Origin: a virus
IMG/VR virus record: IMGVR_UViG_3300047157_000162
Location: 1 to 64,000 of that record
Length of the DNA: 64,000 nt
Strand: one strand, 5' to 3'
Each line of letters begins with the position of its first letter. Positions within the stretch are counted from its first letter, which is position 1. The notes beneath the pieces were generated by a model. That model was not told the DNA's origin, did not search any database, and worked only from the letters and a program-made list of their open reading frames with translations. Positions 19,071 to 27,822 of this stretch are shown piece by piece. A program made the translations under genes and the position numbers.

Positions 19071-19103
19071 TACAAACTAAATACAATTAACTATAGATAA
19101 TAT
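19071..19103 (+). promoter_or_regulatory. class 1 promoter motif, copy 10
   Basis: TACAAActaaATACAattaactatAGATAATAT. Confidence 0.85.
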
Positions 19104-19143
19104 AATAAACAAAAAACTTATGAACACATTTAAAAAGCAATAA

Positions 19144-19425
19144 ATGACAGAAAAAGATATTACTAAAATAGCCGAACTAGCAGCTAAAATTATTATAGAT
19201 CACTTAGAAGCAAAGCAAGACGAATGGAATCAAGACTTTCAAATATCAATGGAGAATATTAAACAAGACGGCTTTGGTAATATGCGTATGATGTCTGAGC
19301 AAGAAATAATACACATGCAGATAGACGAATTACAGCAAGAATTAGACAAAGCTGTTGAAGATCAAAACTTCACGTTAGCTAGTAAAATAAATAGCAAAAT
19401 AATAGATTTAAAAGCAAAATTATGA
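19144..19425 (+). CDS. protein with a C-terminal UVR (UvrB/UvrC)-like helical hairpin
   Basis: LQQELDKAVEDQNFTLASKINSKIIDL. Confidence 0.55.
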   Translation: MTEKDITKIAELAAKIIIDHLEAKQDEWNQDFQISMENIKQDGFGNMRMMSEQEIIHMQIDELQQELDKAVEDQNFTLASKINSKIIDLKAKL

Positions 19426-19907
19426 ATATATTTTATTTAAATTCTGATCCTAAAAAAGCTGCAGTCATACAATATAACAAGCACGTCGTAAAGATGATCT
19501 TAGAATCAGCCCAGATGCTCTGTACGGCACATCATCATTATGCCGAACTTAATTATCCGATGGTTAAAGTGCCTTATAAGAAAGCGCATTACAATCATCC
19601 GTCTACTATATGGTGTAGACAAAACGCAAAGCAATACATGTGGTTGTATAATCATATGATAGCACTAGGCGAAGAGTATACTAAAAGATATAATAAAATA
19701 CACTTAACAATAACTAAATGCAAAGAACCTTTAAAACAATTACCATTAGGAATACCGGACAATACTTTTACAGAACCACCACAATGTATGCCAGAAGAGT
19801 ACAAAGTACAAGGTGACAGTGTATCAGCATACTGGAATTATTATGAAAACGAAAAACACACTGTAAAAAGCGCAAGCGAACAAATAATAACTAGAAATAA
19901 TGGGTAG
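19422..19907 (+). CDS. pyrimidine-dimer DNA glycosylase (DenV-like family)
   Basis: MNIFYL...KHVVKMILESAQMLCTAH, YKKAHYNHPSTIW, EYTKRYNKIH, PPQCMP. Confidence 0.8.
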   Translation: MNIFYLNSDPKKAAVIQYNKHVVKMILESAQMLCTAHHHYAELNYPMVKVPYKKAHYNHPSTIWCRQNAKQYMWLYNHMIALGEEYTKRYNKIHLTITKCKEPLKQLPLGIPDNTFTEPPQCMPEEYKVQGDSVSAYWNYYENEKHTVKSASEQIITRNNG

Positions 19908-20009
19908 AACTAAACAATTATTCGAGGAAATGAGGCTAGAACAAAAAGATTTTTTTAATGAAAAAAATATAATATACCAAACATTAGGTTATTGTGAAAG
20001 TGTAGACTG

Positions 20010-20051
20010 TGACAATAGGCCTTTAGATATAATAGTAACTGGCTAATGTCA
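20010..20051. repeat. 42-bp imperfect palindrome, copy 3, overlapping the ATG at 20046
   Basis: TGACAATAGGC-ctttagatataatagtaact-GGCTAATGTCA. Confidence 0.85.
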
Positions 20052-20666
20052 TACAATAGAAAATTAGACTTTTTTAATAAGCATCGTATTATATATAGAA
20101 GAGATCCCATTAATGATATTCCAACAGAGGTATATGATTGGGGTAGTTACTATGAGAACGGTACAAACGAATGCTATACATTGTTCCGCAGTAAGGCTAA
20201 AATAAATACTTATAAAAGCTTGAAGTGGCACATGCTAGTTATATGGTACTTAAACCCTCAATTAACTCACGATAAATTCTCTGATATATGTATTTTCATA
20301 TGTAACAAGATAAATGGCTTTGTAACATTTGAAATAAGTAGTTGGCATTTTGAGCAAATGGTATACGATGTTTTGATGTCTGATCTTGAACAACCACCTA
20401 AAAATAAATCACGTAAAATTATATTTAAAGAATACACAGGATTAACATTAAGTGAAAAAATGAAAATAGTAGGTAAATTAGTAGGTAGATCATCTGTAAT
20501 AGATGAAGAATCAATATATCAATGCATGCTAGATCTTCACGACGATGGTAATAAAATAACAATAACTAGAATAGCAGGTCTATTAGATTGCTCTGCTAGA
20601 ACTATATATAGAAATATGGGTAATGAATTAAAAAAAGAAAAAGAATTATTAAATCAGCAATTATGA
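20046..20666 (+). CDS. DNA-binding protein with a C-terminal HTH (possible replication initiator or regulator)
   Basis: KITITRIAGLLDCSARTIYRNM helix-turn-helix. Confidence 0.65.
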   Translation: MSYNRKLDFFNKHRIIYRRDPINDIPTEVYDWGSYYENGTNECYTLFRSKAKINTYKSLKWHMLVIWYLNPQLTHDKFSDICIFICNKINGFVTFEISSWHFEQMVYDVLMSDLEQPPKNKSRKIIFKEYTGLTLSEKMKIVGKLVGRSSVIDEESIYQCMLDLHDDGNKITITRIAGLLDCSARTIYRNMGNELKKEKELLNQQL

Positions 20667-20759
20667 GACAAAACTTTAATGAGTGGATGGCTAGTATAGG
20701 TAATATATACTATGCAAACGATAACTTAATGGCAAAAGCATTTGAAAAAATAGATCAAT

Positions 20760-21527
20760 ATGAAGAAATATAATATACAAAATTACATAAGGTATAAAGC
20801 AGATGTTAAAAAATCTATAGCTAATCTTGATGGTAAATTTTGGGATGAATATACTAGAGATGAACTTATAGTAAAATTTATACCACTAGTTGAGAACTTA
20901 GCTAGAAAGTTTTCAACATCTGATCAAGCTTCAGGTGTATTAAGTATTAATGATCTTATACAATGTGGTTGCGAAGGACTAGTTAGAGCTGTCGACAGGT
21001 TAGACTGGACTGTTTTACACGAATCTGAAGACGTTGAAAAAACTTTAAAATCGTTTTTAAGTAAAAGAATCAAAGGAGCTATAAGAAGACGTATAGATAT
21101 ATGTAGAGGTAATATTAGAATACCAGAGCATAAGCTAAACGAAATACGTAAAAATCCTGATGACAAAAAAGCAGTTGCTTTGTTTTTTAATTCAGTGTTC
21201 TTAAGTCTTGATAAACCGCATGAGGATGATAATGAAAACGGTGAGTCTTGGAGTAATTCAATACCTGATAAATCTGAGGTTTATAATATAAATTTACTAA
21301 ACTCTTATCTGTTAAGTATACTAAATAAATATTTATCTGAAAAAGAAGCAGACGTTATTAGACTTTCTTATGGTTTAGACTGTGACAAGCATTCAGGAAA
21401 ACAAATAGCAGCTAAACTAGGAATAACTGGAGCACGTGATTATGTGACTGTATCTGAGATAAAAAAGCAAGCTATTAACAAGCTTATAGAAAACGTAGAT
21501 CACTCACAAGTGATTGACTTACTGTAA
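20760..21527 (+). CDS. phage RNA polymerase sigma70-family factor
   Basis: RDELIVKFIPLVENLARKF, DLIQCGCEGLVRAVDR, IRIP, SLD, and region-4 HTH LSEKEADVIRLSYGL...IAAKLGI. Confidence 0.9.
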   Translation: MKKYNIQNYIRYKADVKKSIANLDGKFWDEYTRDELIVKFIPLVENLARKFSTSDQASGVLSINDLIQCGCEGLVRAVDRLDWTVLHESEDVEKTLKSFLSKRIKGAIRRRIDICRGNIRIPEHKLNEIRKNPDDKKAVALFFNSVFLSLDKPHEDDNENGESWSNSIPDKSEVYNINLLNSYLLSILNKYLSEKEADVIRLSYGLDCDKHSGKQIAAKLGITGARDYVTVSEIKKQAINKLIENVDHSQVIDLL

Positions 21528-21546
21528 GTTAGGTGATAAAACTAAC

Positions 21547-21571
21547 GTAAAAAAATACGTATATATGTAAT
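21547..21571 (+). promoter_or_regulatory. class 2 promoter motif driving the recombination/replication operon
   Basis: GTAAAAA-N11-ATGTAAT between the sigma and ERF genes. Confidence 0.6.
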
Positions 21572-21600
21572 TATAATAATAACTAAAACAATTAAAGCCT

Positions 21601-22146
21601 ATGACTTTAAATGAAAAACTAGCAACAATTCAAACTGAATTAAAAGCTAAGAAATCAAGATTTAATTCTTTCGGTAGATACAACTATCGATCAGCTGAAG
21701 ATATATTAGAAGCTGTAAAACCATTTTTATTAAAACTAAAAGTAAATGTAACTATCAACGAAACACTAAAAGAAATAGCAGGTATACCAGTAATGGAGTC
21801 TCAAGCTGTATTAAGCGATGGACAATCTGAAATAATTGCTCAAGCTATAGTAGGTGTAGATATGAATCAAAAAGGTATGAATGTACCTCAGCAATTTGGT
21901 AGTGCTTCTAGTTATGGCAAAAAATATGCTCTCGGAAATTTATTTCTGATTGATGACACTGCGGACAGTGATGCTACTAATACACACGGTACTACAAGTA
22001 AGAAAACAAAAAGTACTTTAACCTCAGAAAAAGATCCAGCGTTTCCAAAAGCTGTAGACTTTATTAAAAAAGGTGGTAAATTAGAAACCATAAAGGCCAA
22101 ATATGATCTATCAAGTGAGATAGAAACTAAACTTAAAACATTATAA
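21601..22146 (+). CDS. ERF-family single-strand annealing protein
   Basis: YNYRSAEDILEAVKP, QQFGSASSYGKKYALGNLFLIDDTADSD. Confidence 0.88.
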   Translation: MTLNEKLATIQTELKAKKSRFNSFGRYNYRSAEDILEAVKPFLLKLKVNVTINETLKEIAGIPVMESQAVLSDGQSEIIAQAIVGVDMNQKGMNVPQQFGSASSYGKKYALGNLFLIDDTADSDATNTHGTTSKKTKSTLTSEKDPAFPKAVDFIKKGGKLETIKAKYDLSSEIETKLKTL

Positions 22147-22887
22147 ATGGATAAAAAAGTTTTAAATGATGCTATTGAGAGACTTAGAAACGATGAGGAC
22201 TACTACGGAGAATTTGGTAGACAATTTAGAAGTAACTCTGATATATCAACATTATTAACTAATCCATTAGCGCTAAGCGCAGAGCAAAAGCCTAACATTA
22301 ATTTCTTAATAGGTGGTTATTTTCACACAGCAATACTTGAGCCAGATAAGCTTAAAAAGTATAGGATAATAGAATCATCAACAAGAAATACAAAGCTCTA
22401 TAAAGAAATATCAGGTGGCGAGATGTGTTTACTGCAACATGAGGTTGACAAGTTAGAACTAATGATAGATACGATGCTATCTAACGATGCTTGTAATGAT
22501 CTTATAAACGGTATAGACGTCGAGTATGAAAAACCAGGTATAAAAGAAATAGAGGGTTTGTTGTGGAAAGGTAAAGCTGATATTGTAAATCATGATGAGA
22601 AGTACGTAGTAGATTTGAAGACTACATCTAATCTTCATAACTTTAGAAGCTCAGCTTATAAATATAATTATGACAGTCAAGCTTATATATATAGAAAGCT
22701 TTTTGGTTATGATCTTATTTTTCTAGCAATAGATAAGGTTACAAGGCAGATAGGTATATTCGACTGTTCTGATAAGTTCTATGACAGCGGTAAGGAAAAA
22801 GTTAAACAAGCAGTAGAGCAATGGAAATTGTTTTACGAAAACCCGGATTTTGATCCAAAAAATTATTTTATTAATTCAACACTTTAA
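22147..22887 (+). CDS. PD-(D/E)XK exonuclease (RecE/ExoVIII-like)
   Basis: GGYFHTAILEP, KGKAD...DLKTT, YNYDSQAYIY; adjacent to ERF. Confidence 0.85.
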   Translation: MDKKVLNDAIERLRNDEDYYGEFGRQFRSNSDISTLLTNPLALSAEQKPNINFLIGGYFHTAILEPDKLKKYRIIESSTRNTKLYKEISGGEMCLLQHEVDKLELMIDTMLSNDACNDLINGIDVEYEKPGIKEIEGLLWKGKADIVNHDEKYVVDLKTTSNLHNFRSSAYKYNYDSQAYIYRKLFGYDLIFLAIDKVTRQIGIFDCSDKFYDSGKEKVKQAVEQWKLFYENPDFDPKNYFINSTL

Positions 22888-23059
22888 TCAAATGGCAAGA
22901 AGTAAAAAAAGAGTATGCACAGTAACAGGTATGAGAACAAATGAATCAAACTTTTACAGGAATCAAACACATGTAAAAGCAGTAGATAATGTTCGGCGAA
23001 CAACTGGTGCAACTAAAGAACAATTAACAAGAATGTTTAATCAATTAAATACATACTAA
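22872..23059 (+). CDS. small basic hypothetical protein (probable start MARSKK)
   Basis: ORF 22850..23059 with an internal ATG near the upstream stop. Confidence 0.55.
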
Positions 23060-23063
23060 AATT

Positions 23064-23375
23064 ATGGCTAGTATTATCAAAGCAAATATTAATTTGAACG
23101 AGATCCCTAAGGATAAAATATACAAAGGGAAAAAAGGATCTTATTTACCAATTACAATCACAATAAACGATGAGGTTGATAACTATGGTAATCAAGGCCC
23201 TGTGGTAGTAGAACAATCAAAAGAAGAACGAGAGGCTAAAGCTCCTAAGGTTTATTTAGGTAATGTTAAAGTTGTATGGACTAACGGTGATAATGTTGCC
23301 GCTGCTCCTAGAGAAGGTCAACCTCAACAGGCTGCCCCTGCTTTAACCCCTCAAGAAGATGACTTACCGTTTTAA
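23064..23375 (+). CDS. single-stranded DNA-binding protein (Bacteroidota-phage type)
   Basis: short beta-rich body and acidic DDLPF C-terminal tail. Confidence 0.75.
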   Translation: MASIIKANINLNEIPKDKIYKGKKGSYLPITITINDEVDNYGNQGPVVVEQSKEEREAKAPKVYLGNVKVVWTNGDNVAAAPREGQPQQAAPALTPQEDDLPF

Positions 23376-23503
23376 TGTATAAGAATAACGGAGAAACAGC
23401 GTGCCAAATATGTCATGCTGGTATGACTATAGAGGAATTTGAATTTTGTGACATATGTCCTCATTGTAGAGACGGAGAATAATTAAATTAAATTAAATAA
23501 CCT

Positions 23504-25231
23504 ATGCAAATAGAGACTACAGAGATCAATGGATTTGCGATTGACACGTTTAATCAGCATGGTCTAGAAGAGGGTAAAAAACAGGGTATATGCCCTAATT
23601 GTTCTCATAATAGAAAACCCGCGAATAAAAAAGCCAAGTGTGCTTCTTATGACTGGGAACGGGGTCTCGGTACTTGTCACAATTGTAATACATCATTCCA
23701 ACTGCATACTTACAAACGTAAGGGTAAAGCTGAAAAGGTGTATGTTAAACCTGATATAAAAATAAATCTAGACAAACCTGAGTTTGTTAGTGATAAAGTT
23801 ATTGAATGGTTTGGAACAAGAGGTATATCATCTCAGACTCTTATTGATCTAAAGATCAGTGAGGGTCCTGAGTGGATGCCACAGACCGGTAAAACCGAGA
23901 ATGTAATAAAGTTCAATTATTTTATGGGCGGCGAATTAACTAACGTTAAATACCGAGATGGAAGAAAGAACTTTAAATTATATAAGGGTGCTGAGAAAGT
24001 ATTTTATAATATAGATAGTATTGTAGGATATGAGTACTGTGTTATTGTTGAAGGTGAAATGGATGTATTAGCACTGTATGAAGCTGGTATAACAAACGCT
24101 ATATCAGTTCCTAATGGAGCAACACTTAATTCTAATAACTTAGACTACTTAGATAGTTGTATTGATTACTTTGAAGACAAAGAAAAGATTATATTAGCCG
24201 TAGACTCTGATGAAGCTGGACAAGCTTTACAAACAGAGTTAATTAGAAGGCTTGGATCTGAAGTTTGTTTTCTATCAACATTTGAAGACTGTAAAGATGC
24301 AAATGAATACTTACAAAAATATGGTAAAGAAAAACTTACAGAGAGAATCGTTGAAGCAAGGCCCGTACCTCTTGAAAACGTTACTACGTTCAGAGATATC
24401 GAGGATGAAGTCACTGACTTTGTTCGCAATGGTTTTAAGCCTGGCTTTCAAATTGGTTTACAGAACTTTGACGATATATTTTCTACGTATACTGGTCAAT
24501 TTATTACTGTCACTGGAATACCTTCTTCAGGGAAGTCGGATTTCGTGGATCAAATGGTTGTTGGGTATAACGCGAACTACGGTTGGAAAACAGCTTTCGC
24601 ATCTCCAGAGAATGTACCGACATATCTACACGCTCATAAATTAATGCGTAAGACTTGGCAGGGTATGCCAACGAAAGAAGATATCGGTGGGGATAAATGG
24701 AATCAAATAGCAGATCATTGTAATAGTAATTACTTTCACATTGATATGGAACGTTATACTTTAGAGTCAGTGCTTAAAAAAGCTGCTGAGCTAGTTAAAC
24801 GTAAAGGTATTAAATGCCTAGTTATTGATCCATTTAATAAAGTTAGAGACGTAGACTGTAAGACAGAGGATGTTAACCGTTATACAATGGAGTATCTTAC
24901 TAAGATAGAAACATTCGCTAAGAAGTTTGATGTACTTGTATTTATTGTAGCTCACCCAACTAAAATGTATAAAGACAAAGATGGTAAGATTGAAGAGCCT
25001 ACAATGTACAACATTAAAGGTGGTGGTGAATGGTACGATGCTTCTTATCACGGTTTATTAGTACATAGAGATTATGAGAACAAAACAGTTAAAGCTAAGG
25101 TACTTAAAATAAAGTTTCAAAACCTCGGTGAAAACGGAGCTGAAGCACATTTTAAATGGGAGCCTAGATCAGGTTGTTTTCTTCCTCATGAGCCATTAGA
25201 TGTATCAGCAGATAAAATGCCTTGGGAGTAA
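23504..25231 (+). CDS. primase-helicase (T7 gp4/Twinkle-like)
   Basis: Zn finger CPNC...CHNC, TOPRIM VEGEMD and DSDEAG, Walker A GIPSSGKS, VIDP, VAHPTK. Confidence 0.93.
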   Translation: MQIETTEINGFAIDTFNQHGLEEGKKQGICPNCSHNRKPANKKAKCASYDWERGLGTCHNCNTSFQLHTYKRKGKAEKVYVKPDIKINLDKPEFVSDKVIEWFGTRGISSQTLIDLKISEGPEWMPQTGKTENVIKFNYFMGGELTNVKYRDGRKNFKLYKGAEKVFYNIDSIVGYEYCVIVEGEMDVLALYEAGITNAISVPNGATLNSNNLDYLDSCIDYFEDKEKIILAVDSDEAGQALQTELIRRLGSEVCFLSTFEDCKDANEYLQKYGKEKLTERIVEARPVPLENVTTFRDIEDEVTDFVRNGFKPGFQIGLQNFDDIFSTYTGQFITVTGIPSSGKSDFVDQMVVGYNANYGWKTAFASPENVPTYLHAHKLMRKTWQGMPTKEDIGGDKWNQIADHCNSNYFHIDMERYTLESVLKKAAELVKRKGIKCLVIDPFNKVRDVDCKTEDVNRYTMEYLTKIETFAKKFDVLVFIVAHPTKMYKDKDGKIEEPTMYNIKGGGEWYDASYHGLLVHRDYENKTVKAKVLKIKFQNLGENGAEAHFKWEPRSGCFLPHEPLDVSADKMPWE

Positions 25232-25485
25232 TGGGTAAGAAAAAGTCACCGTGGGATATGGGTGATTATACTCCGACAAACGAAGAGGCTGAAGCTATGA
25301 GATGGTGTGTAAGAAATCAAATATACATATCACCAGTAGCTATAAGGGAGTCTAGATGGACTATAGAGATACTAAATAACGGTAAGACTAGTACAGACCC
25401 AGCTGACTATAAAAAGTTAGATATATGGATTAAGATGTACAGCTACTATAAATATTATTACGACAAATATGAAAACAAGATTTAA
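25222..25485 (+). CDS. hypothetical protein
   Basis: 87-aa ORF coupled to its neighbours. Confidence 0.6.
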   Translation: MGVMGKKKSPWDMGDYTPTNEEAEAMRWCVRNQIYISPVAIRESRWTIEILNNGKTSTDPADYKKLDIWIKMYSYYKYYYDKYENKI

Positions 25486-26110
25486 TAATGCTAATGAAGC
25501 ATATGAAGGTGTTATAGATGAAATACTACAAAAAGGTGTAGACTTTGGTGATACAAAGGCTATATTCAATTGTGGTTTTTATATAGATAATCCTTCAGAC
25601 AAGGTTATAACAAACGTTGAGCGTAAGTGGAATGAAAAATATGCTGCAGCTGAATGGGCTTGGTATTTATCTGGCGATCCTAGTATTAACAAATTAGGAG
25701 AACTATACGGTAGTATACCACCTATATGGGAACGTATGGCCGACAAGTACGGTTTAGTTAATTCTAACTACGGTTATCAATGGCAAAGAAATAACCAACT
25801 AGATTATGTAGTTGATAAACTAAGAGAAGACACAGACACAAGGCAAGCAGCTATAAGTATATATGATGCTAAAGAGCATAACAGGTTTACATACGATACG
25901 CCTTGTACTTATGCTATACAGTTTTCTATAATTGATGAAAAGCTTTGTATGTCTGTCTATATGCGTTCTAATGACGTCTGGTATGGTTTCTGTAATGATC
26001 AGTATCAATTTGCATCATTACAAGAATTAGTTGCAGATATGTTATCTATTGAGACTGGTTGGTATTACCACCACGCTCATAACATGCACTTATATAATAA
26101 TAAATTATAA
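25469..26110 (+). CDS. thymidylate-synthase-fold enzyme, dCMP hydroxymethylase (T4 gp42)-like
   Basis: PIW...NSNYG, TRQA, PCT catalytic Cys, MRSNDVWYGFCND with Asp at the base-specificity position, HLY. Confidence 0.8.
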   Translation: MKTRFNNANEAYEGVIDEILQKGVDFGDTKAIFNCGFYIDNPSDKVITNVERKWNEKYAAAEWAWYLSGDPSINKLGELYGSIPPIWERMADKYGLVNSNYGYQWQRNNQLDYVVDKLREDTDTRQAAISIYDAKEHNRFTYDTPCTYAIQFSIIDEKLCMSVYMRSNDVWYGFCNDQYQFASLQELVADMLSIETGWYYHHAHNMHLYNNKL

Positions 26111-26112
26111 TT

Positions 26113-26937
26113 ATGAAAGAGATATTTTATTTATACCATATTCCAGGTAAAAAAATAGGAATAACACGTAATCTTAAGGATAGAGTTACGCGGCAACAAG
26201 GTTATACCGCAGATGAATACGAAGTTCTACTTACTAGCGATGATATAGATTATATATCTGACAAGGAAATAGAACTTCAAAAGTCTTATGGCTATAAGGT
26301 AGACAGGCAAAAATATAATTCTTTAACTAAAAAAAATAATGACAATATGAAGATAAACGTAACAGAGCAAACAACAACTTTTCCTGTTCCAATAGCTAAA
26401 CTTAGAGGTAGGCTAATGGATAATATAGGTTTAAAATGGAAGCATCCAGAGTTTGGTACATTTGAGATAACTAAAGATAATATACCTTGGATATTAAGTA
26501 ATGCTAAAATATCTATGTACAATACGCAAAGGTGTTATATATATAACAAAGCTTTTTATGCTAGTGAAAAACCAAGTACAGTTAATTCTACTTATACAGA
26601 AAAATCTTTTTCCTATAACAATACCGAAAGTGTGTATGATCTAATTAGATCTTGGGCTACTGATAAAGGAATATATAGATCTGGCGATGCTAGAACTCAG
26701 TTTGTAAAACTTATGGAAGAAGCAGGAGAGTTAGCTCAAGCTATATTAAAAAACGACGAACCAGAAGTGATAGATGCTATCGGTGATATGGTTGTTGTGT
26801 TAACTAATTTAGCTAAACTAAGAGGTCATAATATAGAAGACTGTATAACAAGTGCTTACGATGTTATATCTAACAGAACAGGTAAAATGATAAATGGCAC
26901 GTTTGTAAAACAAGAAAGTTTAAGTGAAACACTATGA
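26113..26937 (+). CDS. GIY-YIG-like N-terminal domain fused to a MazG-like NTP pyrophosphohydrolase
   Basis: YLYHIPGKKIGITRNLKDR; KLMEEAGELAQA...DAIGDMVVVL...R.GKMINGTFVK. Confidence 0.75.
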   Translation: MKEIFYLYHIPGKKIGITRNLKDRVTRQQGYTADEYEVLLTSDDIDYISDKEIELQKSYGYKVDRQKYNSLTKKNNDNMKINVTEQTTTFPVPIAKLRGRLMDNIGLKWKHPEFGTFEITKDNIPWILSNAKISMYNTQRCYIYNKAFYASEKPSTVNSTYTEKSFSYNNTESVYDLIRSWATDKGIYRSGDARTQFVKLMEEAGELAQAILKNDEPEVIDAIGDMVVVLTNLAKLRGHNIEDCITSAYDVISNRTGKMINGTFVKQESLSETL

Positions 26938-27056
26938 TAACAAAAACAGAAACAAGGTTACAAAAAACTAAAGAACGTATTAGTAAAAAACCTATTAACA
27001 AACACCTTAGCTGGAGAAACAAAAGAGTAACTGGCTTTGATAAAAACTAAAATTAT

Positions 27057-27380
27057 ATGCTTATAAAAACAAAAGACAAGATAGTTCAAAAAGTTTTAGC
27101 TAAAATGGATCAACGTAGTTTAGTAGGTCAAAAAAAGTACGGAGCTACAATGATGGAAGAGATTGAAGGTCAAAAGAAAGATCTTAATAGATTCTTAATA
27201 GATGTACAAGAAGAGCTAATGGATGCTTTACTATATATAGAAGCTGCTAAAACTTGTTTAGCTGACGAGGTTGAAGAAGCTATGATCAATAGAATAAATA
27301 TAGTAGCTCAAAACGGTAATGATGGTTTACATTATGATAATTTAGGAGATCTAGATGTTGAGTATGAAAAAATTATTTAA
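27057..27380 (+). CDS. small all-alpha NTP pyrophosphatase-like protein
   Basis: RSLVGQKKYG...QEELMDALLY acidic helix motif. Confidence 0.5.
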   Translation: MLIKTKDKIVQKVLAKMDQRSLVGQKKYGATMMEEIEGQKKDLNRFLIDVQEELMDALLYIEAAKTCLADEVEEAMINRINIVAQNGNDGLHYDNLGDLDVEYEKII

Positions 27381-27822
27381 AAGAAAAAGCAGAAAGCGTG
27401 GACCTGTAAGATCGAAGAAGGTATCATATGATGGTATCGACTTCGCTTCTGGTCTTGAGAAATATATGTATATAGCTTTGAGAAAAGCAAAGATAAAAGC
27501 TAAGTACGAAGGAGAGACGTTTGTTTTATTAAATGGTTTTCATTTTGAAAATGAAGTTTACGAAAGACAATCCAATGGTAAGGGTGATTACAAAAATAGA
27601 GGATGCAAACGTATTCTACCTATTAAGTATACACCTGATTTTATTGGTGAAGATTTTATAATTGAGACTAAAGGTAGAGCAAACGAGTCGTTTCCTATGA
27701 GATGGAAGTTGTTCAAGCAACTTATAGTCAGGCAATTCCCAAATGTAACATTATACAAACCACAAAATCAAAAAGAATGCGACAAGACCGTAGAGTTAAT
27801 CCTTTCGAAGCAAAGAGGATAG
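27355..27822 (+). CDS. endonuclease I (T7 gp3-like Holliday junction resolvase)
   Basis: FASGLE, KYE, YTPDF, IIETKG. Confidence 0.85.
   Translation: MLSMKKLFKRKSRKRGPVRSKKVSYDGIDFASGLEKYMYIALRKAKIKAKYEGETFVLLNGFHFENEVYERQSNGKGDYKNRGCKRILPIKYTPDFIGEDFIIETKGRANESFPMRWKLFKQLIVRQFPNVTLYKPQNQKECDKTVELILSKQRG

Noticed and set aside
12850-19103. Class 1 motif as integron attC-like or CRISPR repeats
   Set aside because: The motif is not palindromic, its conserved blocks are separated by fixed-length variable spacers as in promoters, and no integrase is present.
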